Assembly (NCBI GenBank): GCA_021790255.1
Contig: JAJYIE010000001.1
Coordinates: 4,165-68,164 of the forward strand
Direction: 5' to 3'
Source of the DNA: a bacterium
Lineage (GTDB): Bacteria; Patescibacteriota; Microgenomatia; Daviesbacterales; UBA10151
DNA: 64,000 nt
Shown: positions 8,318 through 16,948 of the stretch, in pieces
Layout: each line of letters starts with the position of its first letter
Position numbering within the stretch: the first letter of the stretch is position 1
Translations under genes and position numbers: made by a program
Notes under the pieces: generated by a model
Database searches by the model: none
Seen by the model: only the letters and a program-made list of their open reading frames with translations
Told to the model about the DNA's origin: nothing

Positions 8318-10855
8318 TTAAGCCAAAATTTGTTCCCCGGCGATAAATTTTTCTCCCTTGGGAAGTTTTCCTGCTAAAATCAGCACCGAGAGTTTCGATT
8401 CCAGAGTATCCTGTATCAGCCGACGCATCGGTCTGGCCCCCAATACCGGGTCAAATCCCCGCCTGGTCAGGGCACTAACCAATGTTTTATCAAATTCAAT
8501 CAGGAAACCCTGATCTTTGAGTTGTTTTTGCAGCTGGGTTAGCTTAATTTGTACAATCTTTTCCAAATTTTCGGGAGAAAGCGGCTTAAACAACACCACC
8601 TCATCAAAACGGTTTATAAGCTCCGGTTTAAATATTTTCAGCAATTCCTCGCTAACCGGCTTTTTCAGCTGGTCGACACTCCAGCCCTGGCTAATTCCTT
8701 CAGCAATGGTCAGGCTGGCTGCATTGGAGGTGGCAATAATTATAGTGCTGGTAAAATCAACAGTGTGGCCTGAATAATCAGTCAGTCGCCCGTCGTCCAA
8801 AACCTGCAGGAAAACCGTCAATACTTTGGAGTCGGCTTTCTCAAATTCATCCAGCAGGATCAGCGTGTAGGGCTTATGGCGCACTTCCTCAGTCAACACC
8901 CCTTCATTGCCTTCCTCACCGATCAGTCTTTTTACAGAATCCGGAGTTTGAAACTCGGACATGTCCAGTCGTAAGAAATTGCCCTCCCCCTTAAAATATA
9001 TCTCGGAGAGAATTTTGGCCAGTTCAGTTTTACCGACACCAGTAGGCCCGACAAAAAGAAATGAACCGATCGGCCGGGTTTCTTCACGGAGGTGGGCTGC
9101 AGAGCGGCGTAGCGTATTGGCCACTGCCGAAACCGCCTCTTCCTGATCAACCAATTTTTGATGGATCAGATTTTCCAGATCCAAAAGCTGCAGTTTTTGC
9201 GCGGACTGGGCTTCTCCCACCGGAATATGGGTAATCTCTTGCACCAAACTTTCCGCCGCCGCCTTCTTTATCCAACCGTTCTCTGCCCGAGGAAGAAGCT
9301 GGGCAAAAAGCTGGAGAGCAGAATCCGGCAAACAGCGGTCATGGATATAATGCGCAGAAAGTTTCACCAGCTCTTTTTGCGCCAGCAGGGTAATATGGAT
9401 ATTGCCATGCCGCTCTTTTTCCAGAGCCCGGTTTTCCAGCACATCCAGAGTTTCCTCTGGGGATGCAGGCGGCAGGTCAACTTTTACAAAAAGACGGGTG
9501 AAACTGGCGTTTTTTTCTAAAATACGGGCAAAGCTGGCCGGATCGGTTGTGGCAATAAACTGGAAATTCGATGATTCAATGTACGGCAAAAGCAGCGAAT
9601 AGGTATTGAAGGCAGTTCCGGCCTCGCCCATTCCCAAATTTTGAATTTCATCGATACACAAAATGATATCCCCACAAAACTTCACGTCTTCAAAAATATT
9701 TTTAATCCTTTCCGCCAATTCACCCTGGGTCCTAATTCCCGTAATCAGCCCGGCAATATTCAGCCTAACCAGCTTTTTGGTGGCCAGGGCCGACGGTGCA
9801 TCACCGGCAATGATGGCTTGCGCCAGGGAATCTACCAGGGTAGTGCGGCCGGAACCTGCCTCACCGACAATAACCACATTGCGCCCCTTTTCCAAAGACA
9901 ATATATCCACTACCTGTTTGACATATTGCTGTCGGCCAATGAACTCACTTGCTTCTCCGTGGGCAGCCTTAAGGGTAATGTCCTCACTGTAATTATTCAG
10001 TTCGGGTGTAGGCACAGCTGTCCAGCCCCGGTTTACCCCGCGCAGGTGACGGGTGTGAAAATCATCATCCCAAACTGCCAATAAACGATGCGCGTTGACC
10101 TTCCGTTGCCAAAACATAGCCAGATCCCGAAAATCCTGGCTTGTTAATCCCATTTTTAACAATTTGCTGTCCAAATCCGGGATACCCAAGATATAAGCCA
10201 AAAAGAAGTGGCCGGCCGAAAGATAAGGAGCCTCTGTCTGCTTTCCGAGATCCCATGCCAGGCTAATCATCTGATCAAAGGAAGGGAGAGGAACCAGAGT
10301 AGCCAGACCGCCCGGGGTAAGTTCCAGATAAAATAGCATTTCTAAAACCTCCCGGTTTTTCAGCAGGCGGGCAAAATCTATCTCTTCTTTTTTGACCAAG
10401 CTACAGGCAAAAACCTCATCGGCATTTTTGATCTGTTTCACCTTTTTGTGGGGGGCGCTGACTACATGGTAGAAAAACAGTCCCAGGCCCAGCAGCACCA
10501 GCACTTTTGCCACTATTCCCGCTTCTTCGGGAACCATCACCGCTGCCACTGGCAGGAGCCACCATATTACTGCCAGAGTCAGCATTATGACAGAAACCGC
10601 AAACATCACCAGCAGGCCGAAAATTACCCGGAACATCCGGAAGCTGAAGCTCATAACCAGCCCGACGAAGGTCCGGTCATGAAAAAGCGGTTTAAACAGC
10701 AGGCGCAGCATCAGCCTTACTGCCAGGTCTTCTTCAAAAACAGCGAGGGTGTTGCGCCAGGAGCGCAGGAAGATAAAAAAACTTTCCTCAAACCAAAAAC
10801 GCAGCAAATGGACAGGCAAGTCAAGATAGTTCATGCGTTTAGTAATTAGTACCAA
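8318..10855 (-). CDS. ClpA/ClpC-like double-AAA+ ATPase with an N-terminal multi-helix membrane anchor.
   Basis: 845 aa. Residues ~60-140 form 3-4 hydrophobic helices, followed by a Clp_N-like repeat region. D1 has Walker A GEAGSGRTT and Walker B ILCIDEIQ. D2 has GPTGVGKTELAK, LILLDEFEKA and a GARPMRR sensor. The inter-domain linker is short with no long M-domain, and no obvious IGF/IGL ClpP-docking tripeptide is present. Confidence 0.85.
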   Translation of the reverse strand: MVLITKRMNYLDLPVHLLRFWFEESFFIFLRSWRNTLAVFEEDLAVRLMLRLLFKPLFHDRTFVGLVMSFSFRMFRVIFGLLVMFAVSVIMLTLAVIWWLLPVAAVMVPEEAGIVAKVLVLLGLGLFFYHVVSAPHKKVKQIKNADEVFACSLVKKEEIDFARLLKNREVLEMLFYLELTPGGLATLVPLPSFDQMISLAWDLGKQTEAPYLSAGHFFLAYILGIPDLDSKLLKMGLTSQDFRDLAMFWQRKVNAHRLLAVWDDDFHTRHLRGVNRGWTAVPTPELNNYSEDITLKAAHGEASEFIGRQQYVKQVVDILSLEKGRNVVIVGEAGSGRTTLVDSLAQAIIAGDAPSALATKKLVRLNIAGLITGIRTQGELAERIKNIFEDVKFCGDIILCIDEIQNLGMGEAGTAFNTYSLLLPYIESSNFQFIATTDPASFARILEKNASFTRLFVKVDLPPASPEETLDVLENRALEKERHGNIHITLLAQKELVKLSAHYIHDRCLPDSALQLFAQLLPRAENGWIKKAAAESLVQEITHIPVGEAQSAQKLQLLDLENLIHQKLVDQEEAVSAVANTLRRSAAHLREETRPIGSFLFVGPTGVGKTELAKILSEIYFKGEGNFLRLDMSEFQTPDSVKRLIGEEGNEGVLTEEVRHKPYTLILLDEFEKADSKVLTVFLQVLDDGRLTDYSGHTVDFTSTIIIATSNAASLTIAEGISQGWSVDQLKKPVSEELLKIFKPELINRFDEVVLFKPLSPENLEKIVQIKLTQLQKQLKDQGFLIEFDKTLVSALTRRGFDPVLGARPMRRLIQDTLESKLSVLILAGKLPKGEKFIAGEQILA

Positions 10856-10862
10856 CCTCTGA

Positions 10863-11222
10863 TTATTGGACTCTCACCAGATTCCCGTTGGTGTCAAGTT
10901 CAACAAAATGTTTAGCCCTCCCTTCCAGGTAAGCCGGGCACTGGTTTTGCGGTAGATCATCCATGGGTTCCCGGGGGCTGTGGACAATGTCCACCACCCA
11001 CCCCGGCATCAAATCATTGGTCAGACACGGCCCGTTGTCCATGCTCATACCCCCTGCTGCACGCTTTTTATATAGATCCACGGCAGCGGCTATTACTTCC
11101 CGCTCAGAAATTTTTCCCGTATCAATAGCAGGACGGGCTTCCAATTTTAAGACCGCTGCAGTCACTATTCCTACCCAAAACAGAGCCAGCCAAAAAATTA
11201 CTACCTTTCTTTTCTTAAACAT
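10863..11222 (-). CDS. Hypothetical small membrane-anchored protein.
   Basis: 119 aa with one N-terminal TM helix (VVIFWLALFWVGIVTAAVL). Confidence 0.45.
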   Translation of the reverse strand: MFKKRKVVIFWLALFWVGIVTAAVLKLEARPAIDTGKISEREVIAAAVDLYKKRAAGGMSMDNGPCLTNDLMPGWVVDIVHSPREPMDDLPQNQCPAYLEGRAKHFVELDTNGNLVRVQ

Positions 11223-11280
11223 AGTTTGCGACTATCTCTTAAGCAAAGCTTACGAGGATTTCATCCTCTTAATTACAATT

Positions 11281-11448
11281 TTAGCAGGTTTTGACATAAT
11301 TTCCTCCACCAAGGTTTTTAACCGCCCCGATAATCTCCATTTTAATGAGCGCGGCCGAAACGCCGGCTACGGGCACCTTCAGCTCCCGGCAAATTTCGTC
11401 AACATGCTTACCATCCCCGACTAAACATTCCAAAACCTCTTGTTCCAT
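11281..11448 (-). CDS. dprA: DprA C-terminal winged-helix (DML1-like) domain. It is encoded in frame downstream of the dprA TAG, so this is a split gene, a read-through candidate, or a sequencing artefact.
   Basis: Manual translation continues in the same frame after the TAG. It reads SKVKSNKLKVKSGNLSK, then MEQEVLECLVGDGKHVDEICRELKVPVAGVSAALIKMEIIGAVKNLGGGNYVKTC*. This matches the conserved DprA C-terminal pattern (EQxVLxxL...VDEI...LP...V..AL..LEL.G.V...G..Y). Confidence 0.6.
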   Translation of the reverse strand: MEQEVLECLVGDGKHVDEICRELKVPVAGVSAALIKMEIIGAVKNLGGGNYVKTC

Positions 11449-11499
11449 CTTTGACAGGTTCCCGCTTTTTACTTTTAATTTATTACTTTTTACTTTACT

Positions 11500-12372
11500 C
11501 TACCCAAGATCTTCAAATATCTCTCCCGCGTCCGTCACCAGCCTGGCTCCCTGCTTAATCAACATTGAAGGACCGAAGGATACTTCCGAGGTAATTGGCC
11601 CAGGCACAGCAAACACCTCTCTTCCTTGTTCAAGGGCATCTTTGGCAGTAATAAGCGATCCTGAATCCTCAGCAGCTTCAGTTACCAAAACTGCTTGGGA
11701 CAATCCGGAGATAATGCGGTTGCGGGCAGGAAAATTGCCGGGCAAAGATGGTTCATCGGGAGCAAACTCACTGATTAAAGCTCCTCCGCCATCAGCTATA
11801 CGATGAGCAAGGGCCAAATTTTCCGGCGGGAAAATTTTTTTTAAACCCCCACCCAAAACGGCCAGAGTTCGGCCTCCTGCTTCCAGAGCCACCCGGTGTG
11901 CCTCACTATCCACCCCACGGGCCAGACCTGAAACAACAGTTACCCCGGCCTCAGAAAGTCCGCGGGTCAGCTTCTCTGTAACCAGCTGCCCATAGCCAGT
12001 AATTTTGCGGGTACCTACAACGGCAACCGCCTTTTCATCTTCAGGCAAAGTCTGTCCGCGCACATATAAAACCACCGGCGGGTCATAAATCTCTTTTAAA
12101 AGTCGGGGGTAGTTTTCATCGAAAATGGTCAGCCAACCGATGCCAGCCTTTTCCACATCTTCCTGGTATTTTTGGGGGTCAAGTTTCCTGCGGGTTTCTA
12201 AAACGAGCGCTACCACATTTTTCGGTAGGCCGATTCGCGCCAGCTCGCGTCCGTCTGCTTCCCAGGCCAGCTTAGGATCCCCGAAATAATCCAGCACTGC
12301 CTTCAGCCTGATCGGCCCCAGACCCTTGATTGAGTGTAGCGCTAAAAGATACTCAGTATTACTAGTACTCAT
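11500..12372 (-). CDS. dprA: DNA processing protein DprA (Smf). The Rossmann/SAM portion ends at an in-frame TAG.
   Basis: 290 aa. Typical DprA core (GxGxD...VVSGLARGVDSEAHRVALEAGGRTLAVLGGGL). The stop is TAG at 11502..11500. Confidence 0.9.
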   Translation of the reverse strand: MSTSNTEYLLALHSIKGLGPIRLKAVLDYFGDPKLAWEADGRELARIGLPKNVVALVLETRRKLDPQKYQEDVEKAGIGWLTIFDENYPRLLKEIYDPPVVLYVRGQTLPEDEKAVAVVGTRKITGYGQLVTEKLTRGLSEAGVTVVSGLARGVDSEAHRVALEAGGRTLAVLGGGLKKIFPPENLALAHRIADGGGALISEFAPDEPSLPGNFPARNRIISGLSQAVLVTEAAEDSGSLITAKDALEQGREVFAVPGPITSEVSFGPSMLIKQGARLVTDAGEIFEDLG

Positions 12373-12428
12373 AAAATTCAGATTGTCTACCTCACCTTCA
12401 GAAATCTATCAACCATTATAATCTTCCC

Positions 12429-12454
12429 AAAACATTCTCGATCGAGAATGTTTT
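12429..12454. promoter_or_regulatory. Perfect 26-bp palindrome AAAACATTCTCGATCGAGAATGTTTT, a candidate operator at the -35 position of a dprA promoter.
   Basis: Lies 3 nt downstream of the regulator-gene stop and 57 nt upstream of the dprA ATG. On the minus strand it is followed by a 17-nt spacer and a perfect TATAAT (12420..12415). Confidence 0.5.
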
Positions 12455-12457
12455 GGA

Positions 12458-12934
12458 CTAAGCTTTGATTGTTTTTGACTCCATAACAGTAACCCATTCC
12501 CCAATTCCCACCTGATTTATATAATCTTTCAATACTACCCGACAATCTTTCTTGCTGGCCCAAACACTCTTTTGAATCATTGTGAAACCTAGAAGTTTCA
12601 GTTGATGGCGAAAAAGATCACGAGCCTTTCGTCTTTTTTCAGGAATATCCCAGATTACTAACCGCCATTTTCCATCCCATACCTCGTCATCCTGTCTCAT
12701 CTTAATTCGCAGAGCTTGGCTTTTCCCTTGGTCTGTTAACCTCAATGCCAGCTCTTGACCGGTTAAAAGCTCCACGAAACCTTTTTCTCTTAGCCTCTTT
12801 AAAGCTTTCGCTAGAGTAGATTTCTTGACTTCCCTCATCCCCTGAGCATATAAACTGGGGTTATAAGCAAAATCCTCAATTAGGATATATCCATCTACCG
12901 ACTTCTCGAGCGCTAACAGCATCAGCTTTGACAA
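12458..12934 (-). CDS. PaaX-like transcriptional regulator: N-terminal winged HTH plus C-terminal Cas2-like fold domain.
   Basis: 158 aa. wHTH segment STLAKALKRLREKGFVELLTGQ. C-terminal segment WDGKWRLVIWDIPEKRRKARDLFRHQLKLLGFTMIQKSVWAS, following the (Y/W)DI..RR....L...G.r.Q.SVW pattern of Cas2/PaaX_C. The ATG may be the internal M5 at 12922. Confidence 0.7.
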   Translation of the reverse strand: MSKLMLLALEKSVDGYILIEDFAYNPSLYAQGMREVKKSTLAKALKRLREKGFVELLTGQELALRLTDQGKSQALRIKMRQDDEVWDGKWRLVIWDIPEKRRKARDLFRHQLKLLGFTMIQKSVWASKKDCRVVLKDYINQVGIGEWVTVMESKTIKA

Positions 12935-12968
12935 ACTATCTTTTCGATCAAATCTTGCTACTTAAGTC

Positions 12969-12996
12969 CATTATATTCTCGATCGAGAATATAATG
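12969..12996. promoter_or_regulatory. Perfect 28-bp palindrome CATTATATTCTCGATCGAGAATATAATG, sitting between consensus -35 and -10 hexamers of the regulator's own promoter.
   Basis: Minus strand reads TTGACA (13000..12995), a 19-nt spacer made entirely of palindrome, then TATAAT. It shares the 16-bp core ATTCTCGATCGAGAAT with the 12429 copy. It also faces the divergent HD-domain gene. Confidence 0.55.
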
Positions 12997-13069
12997 TCAA
13001 TATTTGCGCGATATCTTCTTCTGTCTATTACCGATTTCTTTTTCAGGCAGCTTAATGTAAAATAGGCCA

Positions 13070-13615
13070 ATGGAATTTTTAAAATTTGCTTCCACGATTG
13101 GTAATCTAAAAAAAATTGAACGGACCGGTTGGGTTAAAAATAATCTTCCTAACCCCGAAAGCGTAGCCGACCACATCTTTAGGGTTGCTGTAATGGCGAT
13201 GGTCCTGGCACCAAAATTGAAAGTTGACCAAAATAAGGTGGTTAAAATGGCTTTGGTTCATGATCTGGCGGAGTCCACTGTCGGTGATTTAGTTCTCGAC
13301 GGTAAATACGCCAATGTTAGCCCGGAGGAGAAAGCTCAGAAAGAGGCAGCGGCACTAAATGAATTGCTCTCACTCATCGATTCCTCTGAAGAATACCAAC
13401 AACTCTTTGTCAAATATGAGGCAGGCAATACCCCAGAGGCAAAATTTGTCAGAAACATTGACCGGCTGGAGATGCTGCTACAGGCTGCAGAATATGAGAA
13501 GGAGTTTTCCACGGTTGATTTAAGTAATCATTTTGAAACGACTATACCTAAAATTGTTGACCCCAAGCTGCAGTCGTTACTGCAACAAATTATCAAGATG
13601 CGCTCAAGTAAGTAG
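13070..13615 (+). CDS. HD-domain phosphohydrolase (YfbR-like 5'-deoxynucleotidase family).
   Basis: 181 aa. H..H and HD motifs (ADHIFRVAVMA...VHDLAES). Confidence 0.8.
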   Translation: MEFLKFASTIGNLKKIERTGWVKNNLPNPESVADHIFRVAVMAMVLAPKLKVDQNKVVKMALVHDLAESTVGDLVLDGKYANVSPEEKAQKEAAALNELLSLIDSSEEYQQLFVKYEAGNTPEAKFVRNIDRLEMLLQAAEYEKEFSTVDLSNHFETTIPKIVDPKLQSLLQQIIKMRSSK

Positions 13616-13749
13616 TAGTATTTTATTTGTCACTCTGAATTTCACTCCTTCATCCTACCATACCAGCAGGACAAGGGTTTGACTTCATCTACGGGATCCG
13701 CCAACGCTTCGCTCGCAGGGCTAAGTTAGGAATTTACTAGAAGATAGCC

Positions 13750-15603
13750 TTACTCCCCCAGCGCCTTTGCTGAAGCTGTGGCCACCGGCGCCACATCAAA
13801 GTTTTTCACATGGTTTTTATCCGGGCTGAAATACCAGGAATAGATATTTTTTACAATCGGGGCAGCAATATTTGATCCTTCCCCTGCCCCTTCAACCAAA
13901 ACCGTTGCCGTAATTTGGGGACTTTTTGCCGGGGCATAAGAAGTATACCAGGCATGGGTTGCCCCTTTGGGATCACCGAACTCCGCCGTACCGGTTTTCC
14001 CAGCCGTGGGGATGGAAAAGTTAAAAAAAGGCCATGCTGTGCCGCCCTGCGACGGCACCAGCGCCAGCCCCTGCTTCACTAAACCCAAATCAGATTGGCG
14101 GAAGATATTTTGCACCAGAGGACTGAAGCTAAACTTTTTGACCCCGCTGCCATCCGGATCAGTAATCCGGATGGCCAGGTGGGGCTGGTACAGCTTTCCG
14201 TTTGCCGCCACAAACGACGTTTCACCCATAATCTGCAATGGGGTGGCCAAAACATAGCCCTGGCCGATCGCCATATGCAGTGTGTCACCCGGATACCAAA
14301 CCTGCCCCACACTAGCCTGCTTCCACTCATCAGTCGGAATCAATCCGTCCGCTTCCCCAGGCAGATCAACACCCAACTTTTTGCCGAAACCAATTTCTGT
14401 GGCAACCTCACCCAGTTTCTTTTCGCCGATCACTTCTCCGACATTATAGAAGTAGACGTCGTTTGAGCGCTGCAGCGCCCGGATCATGTTAATCCAGCCC
14501 TCCGTTTTGCCGTATTCAGTAAAGTACCAGTTGGCAAATGAATAAGGACCAAGCTTCATCACTCCGGTATCGTCAAACTCCGTTTGGGAATTAATTTTGC
14601 CGGATGAAAGGCCGGCCAAAGCAGTGGCAATTTTAAAAGTCGATCCGGGCGGATAGGTACCGGCGATAACCCGGTTTAAAAGCGGCGAGTTGGGATCGTT
14701 GAAATATGCAGATACTTCATCATTGCGTTTCGGATCAGTGAAAGCGTTCGGGTCAAAGGAAGGGTAAGAGGCCATCGCCAATATCCCGCCGGTATTGGGA
14801 TCCTCCACCACCGCCGCCCCGCAACAGCTTTTGGCTCGCTGTACCCCCTGTTTTAAATCATCGTAAACAGTTTTTTGCAGATCAGCGTCAATTGACAGGT
14901 AAATATTATGCCCCGGGATCGGGTCAATAGTACGAAGAGTCCGCAGCTTTTTCCCTGAAGCATCGACTTCAATCACCTCTGCCCCATCTGTCCCCCGCAG
15001 CTCAGCCTCATAAATCTGCTCTATTCCGGAGCGGCCGACACGGTCGCCGACACGGTAACCACTGTACTGTGGCAGCTTCAGCTCATTCTCACTAATCTGG
15101 CCGACGTAGCCTAAAATATGGGCGGTCTGTTCACCCATGGGGTAATAACGGATAGCATCAATTTCCAGATCATTAAAACGCGGGTCATTGTTTGCTTCCA
15201 GGGCTAAGGCCTCATCTCTACTGATAAACTGTTTTCCCAATCTAAATCCCGGATTTGTTTCCGCTAAAACTTTACCGTTTCGATCGAAGATAACCCCGCG
15301 GGGAGCGTGAATTATGCGCAGTTGAATTCGGTTGGAGTCAGCCAGCTCGCGGTTTTCCTGCCCCTGGACAATCTGCAGATGGAAAAGCCGCAGGAATAAC
15401 CCGAAAAAGGCCAGCAAAAAAATGCAGCTTAAAAAAACCAGCCTCCATGAGGAAACCGGAGTAGCAATCTCCCGCGGAATGAAATTCGGGATCAGTGTTT
15501 CCCGCCACTCCTCCTCCTGCCTGCCCTTATTCGGTCGTCCCGACAGGCCGGCATTCGTGAGCTCCCCGGGAAAAGCCAACCCTAAACTCTTTCTTCTTCT
15601 CAT
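13750..15603 (-). CDS. mrdA: Penicillin-binding protein 2 (class B PBP transpeptidase).
   Basis: 617 aa. N-terminal TM, dimerisation domain, STFK active-site motif and KTGTA. Located immediately downstream of mreD. Confidence 0.9.
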   Translation of the reverse strand: MRRRKSLGLAFPGELTNAGLSGRPNKGRQEEEWRETLIPNFIPREIATPVSSWRLVFLSCIFLLAFFGLFLRLFHLQIVQGQENRELADSNRIQLRIIHAPRGVIFDRNGKVLAETNPGFRLGKQFISRDEALALEANNDPRFNDLEIDAIRYYPMGEQTAHILGYVGQISENELKLPQYSGYRVGDRVGRSGIEQIYEAELRGTDGAEVIEVDASGKKLRTLRTIDPIPGHNIYLSIDADLQKTVYDDLKQGVQRAKSCCGAAVVEDPNTGGILAMASYPSFDPNAFTDPKRNDEVSAYFNDPNSPLLNRVIAGTYPPGSTFKIATALAGLSSGKINSQTEFDDTGVMKLGPYSFANWYFTEYGKTEGWINMIRALQRSNDVYFYNVGEVIGEKKLGEVATEIGFGKKLGVDLPGEADGLIPTDEWKQASVGQVWYPGDTLHMAIGQGYVLATPLQIMGETSFVAANGKLYQPHLAIRITDPDGSGVKKFSFSPLVQNIFRQSDLGLVKQGLALVPSQGGTAWPFFNFSIPTAGKTGTAEFGDPKGATHAWYTSYAPAKSPQITATVLVEGAGEGSNIAAPIVKNIYSWYFSPDKNHVKNFDVAPVATASAKALGE

Positions 15604-15604
15604 T

Positions 15605-16114
15605 CTAATCTTTTAGTTTCAAGCGGAGTTCTTTTTGTGGTATAAACCGCTCTTCCCAAAAACGAACCAAAAAGTAGGCCGGTAAAATAAGTAGTGCTGA
15701 TAAAAACCACCACAAAAAGACAAATCCGGAAAAAATACCTGCTCCACTTAAAAAATTACGCAACAGGCTCTCTGCAAAGAGTGCCAGTAGTACTATGGGA
15801 AGAGATAGACTCCAGTGGGAGAAAAAATCAACCTTTTTTACCATGTTAACTAAAGCCAGCGCCACCAGATAAAACAAGCTCAAACTTCCCAACGGTAGAT
15901 TGGCCAGAAAGGAAACCAGCAAACCCAGACCAAATGCCAGGTAAATGTTTAAGTCATCATCGGTTATCAGAAAGCGCACCACCAAGACCAAACCCACCAG
16001 ATCAACAGGCAAAAATACCGCCTGAAAAAAAGCCAGCGCCAAAAGTACCGCTATTGATATTCTCATTGTTTCTACAAGAGGATACCCCGATCGAAAGATC
16101 ACGGGTAAACTCAT
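15605..16114 (-). CDS. mreD: Rod shape-determining protein MreD.
   Basis: 169-aa polytopic membrane protein positioned between mreC and PBP2. Confidence 0.6.
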   Translation of the reverse strand: MSLPVIFRSGYPLVETMRISIAVLLALAFFQAVFLPVDLVGLVLVVRFLITDDDLNIYLAFGLGLLVSFLANLPLGSLSLFYLVALALVNMVKKVDFFSHWSLSLPIVLLALFAESLLRNFLSGAGIFSGFVFLWWFLSALLILPAYFLVRFWEERFIPQKELRLKLKD

Positions 16115-16118
16115 TTTT

Positions 16119-16910
16119 TCAAGGATTCTCTATAACAAAAACATTATCCAGATCCGCCACATCCCAGAGCGGTTTTACCTGGGCTTGTTTGAAAACACCA
16201 TTGGTGTTTTCAAACACCCTGCTCACTTGACCGACAATCAACCCTCTGGGCAACTTGTCCTCTGTGCCCTCCGTATACACAATGTCGCCTGCCGCGATAT
16301 TTTCCTGGTGTAAAATCTTATCCATTAAAATATCTGAACTGAATTGCCCCAGTAAAATCCCCTTGGCCCGGCCGCCAGTGTTTTGCGAAAAAACGGCGAT
16401 CTTGCTGTCCGGATCCTGCGGTAATATAACTTGACTGCTTTTTAGACTCACCTGCTTTATTTGTCCCACCAGGCTGTCTTCAAACACCACTGCCTCATCA
16501 GCTTTAATTCCGTTTTCTGATCCCTTATTTATAATAAGGTAGCGGCCGGAGCTTATCACCTTTGCCAAAATCATCTGATAAGTGGAAGCGCTCAGCTTTT
16601 GATATTGGATACCCAATACCTGGTCTTCTGCCAGTTGGCTGCGAAGTTTACTGTTTTCTGCCATAAGCTGGGACATTTGCATCTTTAAGGCCTTATTTTC
16701 CTGGGTGGCTGTACGGACCGCTGCCAGGTAATCCCACTGCTTGCCTAGAGAGCGGCCAGTCCGGTAAAGGCCATACTCAATCGGCAAGCTGACGTTTTGC
16801 AGCATACCTTTAGGCCAGTTTAAAACATTTAATCCGTCCAAAAGCAACAACAGTAAAGAAAGAATTGTTAAGGATAAAAGAAGCCCGGTGTTGACGGTCA
16901 AAGCCCTCAT
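16119..16910 (-). CDS. mreC: Rod shape-determining protein MreC.
   Basis: 263 aa. N-terminal TM, a coiled-coil (LKMQMSQLMAENSKLRSQLAEDQ) and a beta-rich C-terminal domain. Confidence 0.8.
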   Translation of the reverse strand: MRALTVNTGLLLSLTILSLLLLLLDGLNVLNWPKGMLQNVSLPIEYGLYRTGRSLGKQWDYLAAVRTATQENKALKMQMSQLMAENSKLRSQLAEDQVLGIQYQKLSASTYQMILAKVISSGRYLIINKGSENGIKADEAVVFEDSLVGQIKQVSLKSSQVILPQDPDSKIAVFSQNTGGRAKGILLGQFSSDILMDKILHQENIAAGDIVYTEGTEDKLPRGLIVGQVSRVFENTNGVFKQAQVKPLWDVADLDNVFVIENP

Positions 16911-16948
16911 CGCAGCTACTATACCATATCCGCGGAAGTGGCAAAAGC

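Noticed and set aside
9158-10849. Plus-strand ORFs of 100-150 aa listed in the ORF track inside the Clp ATPase gene.
   Set aside because: They are antisense to a strongly supported 845-aa AAA+ gene and low-complexity in content (His/Gln-rich, Arg-rich). They are most likely spurious.
11500-11502. Possibility that TAG is reassigned as a sense codon genome-wide (explaining the dprA read-through).
   Set aside because: TAG terminates other well-supported genes in the window (the PaaX-like regulator at 12458 and the B12-rSAM at 42598). Long ORFs such as the 2274-codon giant gene are intact under the standard code.
12429-12454. The palindromes read as Rho-independent terminators.
   Set aside because: They are AT-rich perfect DNA palindromes with no following T-tract on either strand. 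They sit at promoter -35/-10 positions, so an operator interpretation fits better.
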